A stretch of 38,026 bases of DNA. Origin: Deltaproteobacteria bacterium (GTDB lineage: Bacteria > Myxococcota > JACRCW01). Positions 1 to 9,112 of this stretch are shown here, piece by piece (the stretch's first letter is position 1; each line of letters starts with the position of its first letter). The notes beneath the pieces are model-generated. The model did not search any database and was not told the DNA's origin. It saw only the letters and a list, made by a program, of their open reading frames with translations. A program made the translations under genes and the position numbers. Location: positions 1 through 38,026 of the forward strand of contig JACRCW010000086.1 in assembly GCA_016218805.1 (NCBI GenBank), read 5' to 3'.

Positions 1-116
1 CCTCCGTTCCATGGCGACCAGCCGGAACGCAACGCGGGGCCGACGTCGCCAGGCGGGCCGCTTTGTCAGGGGGCCGCGAGACATGCCAAACCCATGGCAC
101 CCCTGTCGTTCCCGTT

Positions 117-1063
117 CTACAACCATCCCGCATCACACCCGCACTCGTCGGTACACGCCACCGGGCACGCGCCGCCGGAGCACGGGTCCCCGTGCGGGGT
201 GGGAGCGGCATCCACGCTGAAGTCCGCCGCGTTGTCGTCGGTGTCAGCGTGGCTTGCCCGGCGTGTGAGGCTCTGCCCGGGCCCCGCGGGCGCGGCCGGG
301 GAGCCCTCGCCACCAAACGTGTCACCGGCTTGGAAAGTCCCGTACCCCAGCGCGTCCACCACCTCGCCGTGCCAGCGCACCTGCACCGAGTCCGGGCCGT
401 TCTGCAGGTCCACCCGCGCATCAACCAGGTCAGCGCGCGCCAGCAGGTCGGGCGCGCCGCCGGGATGCGCCAGGACAAAGAAGCCGTCCGCGCCCAGCAC
501 CTCGCCGGTGAGCGGAATGGTGACGTCCACAGCGCCGCCGGTCCCCACAGCTCAATCATGAGGGTGTTGTTGGAAGCGGTGTCCGTCCCTGCGCTGTCGT
601 ACACCACCTCGTTGATGAGGATGACCGCGGGCGGCGCCGCGGGGCACGCGCCGGCCTGGCAGCCTCCATCCGCCTGGCACGCGTGGCCTGGTGACCAATC
701 CAGGCACGGGTCCGCATCATGCTGGCCGCAGGTTCGCAGGGTGCTGCCGGTGCATTCCGTGGCGTCCTGGGTTGGGCATTCATCCTGGCAGGTGCCGCTG
801 CCGCTGCCGGCGGAGAGCCCGCCGGTGCTTCCGGACGCGGCGCTGCCGGTTCCGACGCTGGTGTTGCCGCCTTGCGAAGGCGCACCGGAAAGGGCGCTTG
901 ACGACGTGACCGCGCAGGGGTCGTCGGCGCGCACGCAGGAGTTGTCCCCGGCGCAGCAGGTGGACCCCTCCGCGCAGGAACAACCGCCACCCGGTTGTCC
1001 GGTGTCAGCGGGACGGCAGGCGATGACGAACAGGGGAATTGCGAGGCCGGCAGACCAGCGCAT
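117..1063 (-). pseudogene. Cys-rich lipoprotein with lamin-tail-like domain (LTD), frameshifted near 545
   Basis: The 5' part reads MRWSAGLAIPLFVIAC (lipobox), then a Cys/Ser/Gly-rich linker, then VILINEVVYDSAGTD...IELWGP (LTD start). The 3' part is in another frame (ORF 117..548: GTGGAVDVTIPLTG...FFVLAH...LQNGPDSV...VDALGYG...GQSLTR...DTDDNAADF) and completes a typical LTD. GGAG lies 6 nt before ATG 1063. Confidence 0.75.
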
Positions 1064-1155
1064 GGGCATCTCCGGAGCGGGCGACCTTGCCGACCGGATG
1101 CGCGCGGAGCAACGCCGCGGCGCCCAACGCTACACCGCGGGCCTGGGCGCGCGGC

Positions 1156-3345
1156 TCAATGGCACCCCGAGTTGAGGCAGGTCTCCGTCGGGCCACACGG
1201 CAGGCCGCAGCCGCCGCAGTGCTCGTGGTCGGAGGTGGTGTCCACGCAGCCGGCGGCGCAGCAGCGGCCGGCCCCGCCGCCATCCGCAAAGCACGGCGCG
1301 CCCGCGTGCGGCGCATCGCACACGTCCACGCCGCACCGCCCGCCACGGCACACCGCGCCACCCGCGCAGCGGTGGCCGCATTCGCCGCAATGGTTGGGAT
1401 CCGTCTGCCGGTCCACGCACGCGGCGCTGCAGCAGAAGCCAAACCCGCCATCCGCGTAGCAAGCCGCGTTGTCCGGCGTCCCGGCGCAGGACAGCGTGGC
1501 GCAGCTTCCCGCCACGCACGTGGTCCCCGCCGCGCAATGCTGGTTGCACCAGCCGCAGTTGGCTTCGTCCGCTTGCAGGTCCGCGCAACCGCTGGCGCAG
1601 CACACCGAGCGGGTGCCGCCGTCAGCGTCACAGAAACGGCCCAGATCCCCGCGGCCGCACGCCGCGGACCCGCCGGTGCACAACCCGTCCACGCAGGTCT
1701 GGCCGGGCGCACAGCGCGCGCCGCACCCGCCGCAATTGTCCGGGTCATTCTTCCAGTCCATGCAGGCGTTGGAGAACATCCCTGACATGCAGCAGATGCC
1801 CAGGCCGCCGCCCTGGAACGCGCACGGGGCGGACATGGGTGAATCACATGCCGGGCGGACACAGCTGCCGTCCACACAGATCATCCCGCCCAGGGAACAG
1901 TCATACGGACAGCTGGCACCGGGGCTGGTGGCGGGGAAGCACCCACCGCCAAAGCTCCCCAGGCACGCCTGGGACGCACAGGCAAACCCGCACTCCATGC
2001 AGTGCTGCGGGTCCTGCTGCACGTCCACGCACGCGCCGCCGCAGCACGTCCCCGTGCCGCCCAGGCCCCCCACGCTCAATCCAAACGCGCAGCGGCCGCC
2101 ATTCCACGCGCCCGCGCAGGCACGTGCCAGGCAGCGCGCCTGTTGGCACACCTCGCCGGGCGGGCAGGCGCCGGCGTCGCCCTGACAGGCGGCGTGGCCG
2201 CCGTCCGCCACGGTGCACTGGCCCCGGTCACAAGCGGCCGCGCCCGGACACCGCAGGCCGCAACCGCCGCAGTTCACTGCGTCCAGCCGCGGGTTGATGC
2301 ACGCGCCGTTGCAGCACGTACCCGGGACGCCGGGCGCAACCGGACACGCCACCGGTCCGTTGGCGGTGGCGCAGTTGACGCGTGGCGTGCAGTTGCCGTG
2401 GCTGCACCATTCGGACGGGGTGCAGGCGTGGCCGCACGCGCCGCAGTTGGCGTCGTCAAAATCCGTGGCGAGGCACGCGCCGCCGCAGCACAGTCCCTGC
2501 GTGTCCGCGCCGGGTTGGCACGCAAAGCCCTCCGGCAGGCCCGCACAGGAAGTGGCCGCGCAGAAGTTGCCCGCGGTGACGCAGCCGCTGCCCGCGGGAC
2601 ATCCCCCGCCGGTGCACAGGCCCGCCGTCCCGCCGGAGTAGCAGTGGATCCCGGACGAACACGCCGCGCCCGCCGGACAGGCCCGGCCGCACACGCCGCA
2701 GTGCGCGCTGTCGTCGTAGACGTTGGTGCACACGCCGTTGCAGCATTGGCCCCATTGCGTGGCGGACACGGCGCACGCGCCGCCCGTGGGGGCGTTCACG
2801 CAGCTCTGCCACAGGCACACGTCTTCCTGGCAGGTCTGCCCATCCGCGCACACGTTGCTGCAGGAACCGCAATGGCGCGGGTTGCCCGTCAGGCGCGCGC
2901 ATTCCGTGCCGCAGCAGGTGGCCCACATGCCCGCATCGCGGTCGCCGCAGTATTCACGGGTGCCGTCGCAATACGGGGGAAGACAGCCGCCGCCGGGGAC
3001 GCAGTATTCGTCTCCCACGCACGCGTTGCCGCACACCTGGCAGTGGTCCGGGTCGTAGTAGTCCCGGCACACGCCGTCGCAGCAGTGGCCGTAACCACCG
3101 TTGGGGGGCGTGCACTCCGCTTCGTTCCGCCCGCAGGACGCCGCTGCGGAGGAGGCGCCGCTGCCGGACGGCTGCACGGACGTGGCCTGGCTGGTGCCCG
3201 TGGAAGTGCCGCTGGCCGCAGCGGACGCGCTGGAACCGGACGCGCCCGTGACGCCAGCGTCGTGGGCGGATGGGTTGGAGCGCGGCGTACACGCGCCGCC
3301 CGCAACCACAACGCACAGCGCCAACCAACGACAGGATGGGTTCAT
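1156..3345 (-). CDS. Cysteine-rich repeat lipoprotein (Stig1-like / myxobacterial DxxNCGxCGxxC repeats)
   Basis: 729 aa. Signal peptide with VAGGAC lipobox, Ser/Thr/Gly linker, and ten D-x-x-(N/H)-C-x-x-C-x-x-x-C units (e.g. [26 protein letters not shown]). GGAGG RBS. Confidence 0.85.
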   Translation of the reverse strand: MNPSCRWLALCVVVAGGACTPRSNPSAHDAGVTGASGSSASAAASGTSTGTSQATSVQPSGSGASSAAASCGRNEAECTPPNGGYGHCCDGVCRDYYDPDHCQVCGNACVGDEYCVPGGGCLPPYCDGTREYCGDRDAGMWATCCGTECARLTGNPRHCGSCSNVCADGQTCQEDVCLWQSCVNAPTGGACAVSATQWGQCCNGVCTNVYDDSAHCGVCGRACPAGAACSSGIHCYSGGTAGLCTGGGCPAGSGCVTAGNFCAATSCAGLPEGFACQPGADTQGLCCGGACLATDFDDANCGACGHACTPSEWCSHGNCTPRVNCATANGPVACPVAPGVPGTCCNGACINPRLDAVNCGGCGLRCPGAAACDRGQCTVADGGHAACQGDAGACPPGEVCQQARCLARACAGAWNGGRCAFGLSVGGLGGTGTCCGGACVDVQQDPQHCMECGFACASQACLGSFGGGCFPATSPGASCPYDCSLGGMICVDGSCVRPACDSPMSAPCAFQGGGLGICCMSGMFSNACMDWKNDPDNCGGCGARCAPGQTCVDGLCTGGSAACGRGDLGRFCDADGGTRSVCCASGCADLQADEANCGWCNQHCAAGTTCVAGSCATLSCAGTPDNAACYADGGFGFCCSAACVDRQTDPNHCGECGHRCAGGAVCRGGRCGVDVCDAPHAGAPCFADGGGAGRCCAAGCVDTTSDHEHCGGCGLPCGPTETCLNSGCH

Positions 3346-3461
3346 GGCGTCCTCCGGAGGTCATGCGTGACCGGCCGATTGGCAAACATTCATCCCGCGG
3401 GTGGCTCCGTCCTGCCCGGTGGCCCTACCACGCAGCGCGCTCCCGGGGGTACAAGCGCGCC

Positions 3462-4721
3462 ATGGAGCAGGTCGGCACGCTCATCGTCGGCGGAGGCATC
3501 ACCGGGCTGGCCACAGCGGCGTTCCTGGGTCACCCGGACTGCCTGCTGCTGGAGGCGGAGCAGGAGTTGGGCGGGTATTGCCGCAGCATCCGGCGCGACG
3601 GATTCACCTGGGACTTCTCCGGCCATTTCTTCCATTTCCGCAACGCGGAGCTGGAAAGCTGGCTGCGTGACCGCATGCCCGGGCAGCGCGTGCTCACCGT
3701 GAAGAAGCGCTCCTTCATTTCCTACGCGGGCGGCCGCGTGGACTTCCCGTTCCAGAAGAACATCCACCAGCTGCCGCGGGAAGACTTCATTGACTGCCTG
3801 CATGACCTCTACCTGGCGCACGAGGCCGGCGCGCCGGGCCCATTTGCCAACTTCAAGGACATGCTGCTGGCGCGGTTTGGCCGCGGCATCTGTGAGCGCT
3901 TCCTGTTCCCGTACAACGAGAAGCTCTACGCGTGTGACCTGTCCGCGCTGGACCCGGACGCCATGGGCCGCTTCTTCCCGCACGCGTCCCTGCGGGACGT
4001 CATCCGCAACATGCGCACGCCGGACAACGCGGGTTACAACGACACCTTCACCTACCCGGAAGGCGGCGCCGTCCAGTACGTGCACGCGCTGGCCAGCGCG
4101 GTGGATCCCGCGCGCATCCAGGTGGGTGAAGCGGTCACCGCCATTGACCTGGCAACCCGCACGGCTACGACGACACGGCGGACTGTGCACTATGAGCGGT
4201 TGGTGTCCACCATGCCGTTCCCGCGGCTCTTGCGGCTGGCCGCCGTCCCGCATGATGCGTCCGCGTTCACGTGGAACAAGGTGCTGGTGTTCAACCTGGG
4301 CTTTGACCGCAAGGGCCCCGCGGGCGTGCACTGGCTGTACGTTCCGGACCGTGCGCGGTGCTTCTACCGGGTGGGCTTCTACGACAACATCTTTGAGGCG
4401 GACCGCATGAGCCTCTACGTGGAGCTGGGCTTTCCGCGGGATGCCGTGCTGGACCCGGAGGCGCTGCGGGAGCGGGTGCTGGCGGACCTGCGTGCGGAAG
4501 GAATCGTGGATGATCAGCGCCTGGTGGCGCACCACCACGTGGTGATGGACCCGGCGTACGTGCACATCAACCGCCGCTCCCTGGAGGAGGCGGCGCGCTG
4601 CGCGGAGCTGTTGCGCGGCCACGGGGTGCATTCGGCGGGGCGCTACGGCCGGTGGACCTACTGCTCCATGGAAGACAACATGCTGGAAGCGCGTGCGCTG
4701 GCGGCGTCATTCGGCGGGTAG
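3462..4721 (+). CDS. FAD/NAD(P)-dependent oxidoreductase (protoporphyrinogen oxidase / UDP-galactopyranose mutase-like)
   Basis: N-terminal [11 protein letters not shown]ossmann motif, GG...[12 protein letters not shown], and C-terminal [13 protein letters not shown]. Start placed at ATG 3462 inside ORF 3270..4721. Confidence 0.85.
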   Translation: MEQVGTLIVGGGITGLATAAFLGHPDCLLLEAEQELGGYCRSIRRDGFTWDFSGHFFHFRNAELESWLRDRMPGQRVLTVKKRSFISYAGGRVDFPFQKNIHQLPREDFIDCLHDLYLAHEAGAPGPFANFKDMLLARFGRGICERFLFPYNEKLYACDLSALDPDAMGRFFPHASLRDVIRNMRTPDNAGYNDTFTYPEGGAVQYVHALASAVDPARIQVGEAVTAIDLATRTATTTRRTVHYERLVSTMPFPRLLRLAAVPHDASAFTWNKVLVFNLGFDRKGPAGVHWLYVPDRARCFYRVGFYDNIFEADRMSLYVELGFPRDAVLDPEALRERVLADLRAEGIVDDQRLVAHHHVVMDPAYVHINRRSLEEAARCAELLRGHGVHSAGRYGRWTYCSMEDNMLEARALAASFGG

Positions 4722-4747
4722 GCGGCGCGCGTGCGTGAGGGGAAGCC

Positions 4748-5425
4748 ATGACAAACGGGATGATGGTGAAGAAAGGGGCCGTGCACGCATTGAAGGAGGA
4801 GCTGCGCGGGGTCCAGGCAGAACAGCGCGAACGCCTGGAGGAGCTCCTGGCGCTCATTGAGCGCAACGTCACGGCGATCAAGGACGCGTTCTTTGAGGTG
4901 GGGACGTCGCTGGCGGAGATCAACAACAACCGCCTGTACGTGGCTGCGGGGTACGCCTCCTTTTCGGAGATGCTGGAGGCGCGCGGCCTGATGAGCACGG
5001 CGCAGGCGGCCAAGCTCATTGCGGTGGCGCAACTGGTGCCGCGTGAATCCGCCATCGAGATTGGCCACGAAAAGGCGTACGCGCTCACCCGCTACGCGCA
5101 GGCCGGCGGGGTGGCCGTGAAGGGGCTGCTCAACGGCAAGATTGACGGGCGGCCCATCCGCGAGCTCACGGTGCGGGAATTCAACGCCGCCACGCGGAAG
5201 CTGCAGGCCCGCCGCGGGCCGGGCCGGCAGGACGGGCGTGAGGAACGCAAGGCCGCCCGGGAGGCCCAGGCGGAGCTGCGCCGGCGCGGCTTGCAGGGCG
5301 TGACGGTCAAAGCGGTGCGCTACGGCAGCGCGTGGGTGTACCGCATTGACGCCGACCGGGACGCCCTGGAACGCCTCACCGCGCGGACTTTTTCCACCCG
5401 GACCTCGCAAAAACCCGGACGGTGA
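4748..5425 (+). CDS. Hypothetical helical protein, DUF3102-like, possible DNA-binding protein
   Basis: 225 aa with GAGGGG RBS. Coiled N-terminus followed by FFEVGTSLAEI...LY...GYASFSEMLEAR.LMSTAQAAKLIAVA, resembling DUF3102-type helical proteins. Family call is from memory. Confidence 0.6.
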   Translation: MTNGMMVKKGAVHALKEELRGVQAEQRERLEELLALIERNVTAIKDAFFEVGTSLAEINNNRLYVAAGYASFSEMLEARGLMSTAQAAKLIAVAQLVPRESAIEIGHEKAYALTRYAQAGGVAVKGLLNGKIDGRPIRELTVREFNAATRKLQARRGPGRQDGREERKAAREAQAELRRRGLQGVTVKAVRYGSAWVYRIDADRDALERLTARTFSTRTSQKPGR

Positions 5426-5443
5426 CGTCGTGCGGTGAAAGTC

Positions 5444-5483
5444 CATACAGACGTCTGTATGCGCTTCCAAAGACGTCTGTATG
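5444..5483. repeat. Perfect 18-bp palindrome plus a degenerate second copy
   Basis: CATACAGACGTCTGTATG at 5444-5461 is a perfect palindrome. AGACGTCTGTATG recurs at 5471-5483, a 22-bp period. Confidence 0.9.
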
Positions 5484-5579
5484 AACGGATGCACCCCCAG
5501 ACACGTGGCCGCCACCGGCGCGCCGGCTTGCGCGGCGGCGGCTGCGGGTGGTGGATTGAGCCTCCCCAGGGAGGGTCCC

Positions 5580-6962
5580 ATGTCCGCCATCCCGTCACCG
5601 GAACCAGCGCCGCTTGCGGCCGACGAAGCGCTCTTTGCGGCGGCACGCGCGGCGCTGGATGCCCCCCGGCCGCAGACGCGCCCCGGCATCTATCTGCTCC
5701 TGTTCCTGCTGTTCATCGGCTCGCAGTGGGAGGGGCTCCAGTCGCTGGCCGGCATCGCCGTGCTGGTCGCGGTGCTGCTGTTCCATGAGGCGGGGCATGC
5801 GCTCGGCATGCGGGCGTTTGGCTTCCGGGACGTGCGGATGTTCTTCATCCCGTTCTTTGGCGCCGCCGTCACCGGACGCCCGCGTGGCGCCAGCGCGTGG
5901 AAGGACGCGCTGGTGAGCCTGCTGGGGCCGGCACCGGGGATCGTCCTGGGCGTGGCGCTGGCCGTGGCGCTGCAGCGCTTTCCGCTGCCCCCGCTGCAGA
6001 CGGTGGTGGAGCTGCTGCTGATGGTGAACGTGTTCAACCTGTTGCCGTTTGGCGGGCTGGACGGCGGGCGCTTTCTGCAGCGGGTGATCTTCTCGCGCCA
6101 CCGCGTGCTGGAGGCGCTGTTCCTCGCCGGCGGCTCCGCGCTCGTCGCGGCGGTCGGTTTCAGCGGGGACAGCGTCATGCTGGGTGTGTTTGGCCTGCTG
6201 GGGCTGCTGACCGTGCCGCAGCGGTTCCGGCTGCGGGGGCGTGCGCGGGCGCTGTGGCGCGCGCATCCCACGCTGAGTCCTGATCCGCCCGCGCTGGGTG
6301 ACGAGCACGCCCGCGCCGTCTTCCAGGCCGCGCGGGCGCCACTGCCGGAGCCCTTCCGCCACAACGCCCAGCACATCGCCCAGGGCATGGAGTCGTTGCT
6401 GGACGCCGGCCGGCCGCCGCCCGGGGCCCTGGCCTCCGTGCTCCTGCTGGCGCTGTACGGTGTCACCTGGATCGTCGCCGTGGCGGGGGTGGTGCTCGCC
6501 ACCGTGGACCGCGCCAACCCGGAATGGCGCGTGGTGCAGGCGCCCGGCTGGCGCGCGGAGATGCCGGCGCAACCGCTGGAGGCTGACACCGTGGCCGTGA
6601 CGCCGGCGGGCGAACGCCCGTGCCAGGTGCGCCGCGCCACCATCACCGGGCTGAAACGGTTCACCGTGGCGGTGGTTGATGCGGGCGGGCCCGTCAACGC
6701 GGCGGATTGGCTCGCGCTGTCCCGCGCGGAGCACCAGGCGGACATGCATATGACCGTGGCCAGCCAGGAAGCGGTGGTGGTTTCCGGCGTCCCGGGCGTG
6801 CGCCTGGTGTTGCGCAACAGCTACCGCCACGCGGTGCTGCTGCAGTTGGTCCACGGGACCCGCCTGTACACCGTGGCCACCAGCGCACCGGACGCGGATG
6901 ATCCGGATGGGCAGCGGTTCCTGGCGTCGTTCGCGCTGACAACGGCGGAGGGTGTTCCCTAG
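5580..6962 (+). CDS. Site-2 protease (M50 family) with C-terminal extracytoplasmic domain
   Basis: HEAGH zinc motif, LLGPAPG, NLLPFGGLDGG and several TM helices. GGAGG RBS before ATG 5580. Confidence 0.9.
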   Translation: MSAIPSPEPAPLAADEALFAAARAALDAPRPQTRPGIYLLLFLLFIGSQWEGLQSLAGIAVLVAVLLFHEAGHALGMRAFGFRDVRMFFIPFFGAAVTGRPRGASAWKDALVSLLGPAPGIVLGVALAVALQRFPLPPLQTVVELLLMVNVFNLLPFGGLDGGRFLQRVIFSRHRVLEALFLAGGSALVAAVGFSGDSVMLGVFGLLGLLTVPQRFRLRGRARALWRAHPTLSPDPPALGDEHARAVFQAARAPLPEPFRHNAQHIAQGMESLLDAGRPPPGALASVLLLALYGVTWIVAVAGVVLATVDRANPEWRVVQAPGWRAEMPAQPLEADTVAVTPAGERPCQVRRATITGLKRFTVAVVDAGGPVNAADWLALSRAEHQADMHMTVASQEAVVVSGVPGVRLVLRNSYRHAVLLQLVHGTRLYTVATSAPDADDPDGQRFLASFALTTAEGVP

Positions 6963-8101
6963 GCGTAGAAGGCGTGCACCGCGTCCACCACGCGTTCCAC
7001 GTCGTCCAGGCCGGCGTACATGGGGAGGCGCAGCAGGCGGTCGCTGGTGTCCTGGGTGACGGCCAGGTCCCCCACCGCGCGCCCGTGCTTGCGGCCCGCG
7101 GGCGCGGAGTGCAGCGGCACGTAGTGGAACACGGACTGGATGCTGCGCGCCTTGAGGTGGGCAATGAGGCGCGTGCGTTCGTCCAGGGACGCGGTGAGGA
7201 CGTAGTAGAGGTGGCTGTTGTGCTCCACGTGCGCGGGCACAATGGGGCGGCGCAGGCGCCCGCTGGCTTCCAGGTCCGCCAGGCCCGTGTGGTAGGCGAT
7301 CCACGCGCGCGCGCGTGACGCGTTGATCTCCGCGCCCTCCTCCAGTTGCGCCAGCAGCATGGCGGCCACCAGCTCGGAGGGGAGGAACGAGCTGCCGATG
7401 TCCACCCACGTGTACTTGTCCACCTGGCCGCGGAAGAACTGTGCGCGGTTGGTGCCCTTCTCGCGGATGATCTCCGCGCGCTGGGCCAATGCGTCATCGT
7501 TGACCAGCAGTGCGCCGCCTTCGCCGGAGACCAGGTTCTTGGTCTCATGGAAGGACAGGCAGCCCAGGTCCCCCAGCGTCCCCAGCGGCTTGCCCTTGTA
7601 GCGCGCCATCACGCCCTGCGCGGCGTCCTCCACAATGCGCAGGCCGTGCCGCTTGCCCAGCGCCAGGAACGCGTCCATCTCCGCGGCAATGCCCGCGTAG
7701 TGCACCACAAACACCGCGCGCGTGCGCGGTGTGAGCGCCTCCTCCACGCGGTTCTCGTCCAGGTTCAGCGTGTCCGGGCGGATGTCCACAAACACCGGGA
7801 CCGCGCGCCGCAGCACAATCGCGTTGGCCGTGGAGACAAACGTGAAGGAGGGGAGAATCACTTCGTCCCCGGGCTCCAGGTCACACAGCAGCGCGGCCAT
7901 CTCCAGCGCGGCCGTGCACGAATGCGTGAGCAGCGCCTTGCGTGCGCCCAGGTAGCCCTCCAGCCACGCGTGGCAGCGCCGCGTGAACGGCCCGTCACCG
8001 GCCAGCGAGCGGGACTGCAGCGCCTCCTGCAGGTACGCGGTTTCGCGGCCCGTCAGAAAGGGCCGGTTGAAGGGCACGGGCGTCGTCGGTGCAGCGGTCA
8101 T
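6959..8101 (-). CDS. rffA: dTDP-4-amino-4,6-dideoxygalactose transaminase
   Basis: PFNRP...GDGPFTRRC, LLTHSCTAALEMAA, SFHETKN (PLP Lys), EKGTNRAQFFRGQVDKYTWVDIGSSFLPSE, VFHYVPLHS. AGGAG RBS before ATG 8101. Confidence 0.93.
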   Translation of the reverse strand: MTAAPTTPVPFNRPFLTGRETAYLQEALQSRSLAGDGPFTRRCHAWLEGYLGARKALLTHSCTAALEMAALLCDLEPGDEVILPSFTFVSTANAIVLRRAVPVFVDIRPDTLNLDENRVEEALTPRTRAVFVVHYAGIAAEMDAFLALGKRHGLRIVEDAAQGVMARYKGKPLGTLGDLGCLSFHETKNLVSGEGGALLVNDDALAQRAEIIREKGTNRAQFFRGQVDKYTWVDIGSSFLPSELVAAMLLAQLEEGAEINASRARAWIAYHTGLADLEASGRLRRPIVPAHVEHNSHLYYVLTASLDERTRLIAHLKARSIQSVFHYVPLHSAPAGRKHGRAVGDLAVTQDTSDRLLRLPMYAGLDDVERVVDAVHAFYA

Positions 8102-8154
8102 TGGGGCTCCTGGGTGCGCGGGGCTGTAGCGCGCCCCGGCAGCCCGCGCCACGG
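7861..8154. repeat. Direct repeat copy 1 (rffA 5' end plus upstream), pairs with 12741-13034
   Basis: Ungapped alignment at offset 4880, about 11 mismatches in 294 bp by eye. Confidence 0.95.
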
Positions 8155-8257
8155 TTCATCTCTGGACACCATGAGGTCCCAATGCCGCAACGATGGTGTC
8201 CACGTTTCATCACCCGGCGTCGTCACTTGCCCGTTGACGCAAGCCATGTGCGCGCGT

Positions 8258-9112
8258 TCACGGCGGCTGGGTCCACCCCAGGCTGAGGGAGAGGTTGCAC
8301 TGCAGCTGCCGCAGGATGCTGTCCACCTCAGAAGCCGGAGCACCCAGGCGCTGCTGCAATACCGCGCGGGTGGCAGCCAGGAGGTCCAGGCGGGCGCGCG
8401 CCAGCCAGCGCGCGGCGGTGGCCCGGTGAACCTGCTGGGAACGCCCCAGGTCGTCCACCGTCATCCCGTGCACGTAGGCCAGGCTCAGCAGGGTGCGCTG
8501 TTTCTCCGTCAGCCCTTCAAACGCCTGCCTGAACGCCTGTTGTACCAGCGGCTTGTGCGCCAGGTGGAGCATCTCCAGTTCCGGGTCGCGGTGGGCGGTC
8601 TGCTCCAGCAGCCCGTCGTCGGGCAGGGGCACTTCACGGGCGTGTCTGCGCTCCACGCTCAGCAGCTCCCGCGTCAGCGCCGTCCTCAGGAATCCCAGCA
8701 ACGTTCCGCGTCCGTCGTACTGGGAGATGCGCGCGGGCTGTCCGTCCCGGGGACACAGGAGCTTCTCCCGGAGCCGCTGCGCGGCGTCATCCACCTGGTG
8801 CGCCCCGTGACGGCTGTTCTTGAGACGCCGGGTGGCCTCCACCGTCAGTTGTTCCGCGTGGGCCAGCGCCAGCGGCTCGCCCAGCAGGCATCCGTGCGCC
8901 ACTGCAAGGTCCCGCCACCGCTCCATTCCCCGCAGCGCAGCATCCGGCGTCTGGGCCAGCGCGCGTGCAAATGCGTTTGCGGAAGGTGAGGTCACCGGCA
9001 CCCAGAACGCGTGTGCCGCCGTGAGCCGGGCCATGACGTCGGGCGGAAGAGCTGCCTCCGCCCGGGCGGCAACCAGCGCGGCCGTCACATCCTCAAAGGT
9101 CAGCAGCTTCAT
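8258..9112 (-). CDS. ECF-type sigma-70 factor, myxobacterial STK-associated type
   Basis: DLAVAHGCLLGEP.AL, DDAAQRLREKLL, ISQYDGRGTLLGFLR, and region 4 GMTVDDLGRSQQVHRATAARWL. ATGA overlap with the kinase stop. Confidence 0.88.
   Translation of the reverse strand: MKLLTFEDVTAALVAARAEAALPPDVMARLTAAHAFWVPVTSPSANAFARALAQTPDAALRGMERWRDLAVAHGCLLGEPLALAHAEQLTVEATRRLKNSRHGAHQVDDAAQRLREKLLCPRDGQPARISQYDGRGTLLGFLRTALTRELLSVERRHAREVPLPDDGLLEQTAHRDPELEMLHLAHKPLVQQAFRQAFEGLTEKQRTLLSLAYVHGMTVDDLGRSQQVHRATAARWLARARLDLLAATRAVLQQRLGAPASEVDSILRQLQCNLSLSLGWTQPP

Noticed and set aside
63..1175. Long plus-strand ORFs here and at 2002..3702, 7346..8989, 28611..29921, 30408..31712, 32222..33532 and 35863..37362
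   Set aside because: Antisense shadows of real high-GC genes with no recognisable motifs.
5424..5483. Palindromic repeats as a CRISPR array
   Set aside because: Only 2-3 units with a 22-bp period, no unique 30-40 bp spacers and no cas genes.
6959..6962. Convergent protease and rffA genes sharing the CTAG stop palindrome
   Set aside because: A common compact overlap with no further signal.
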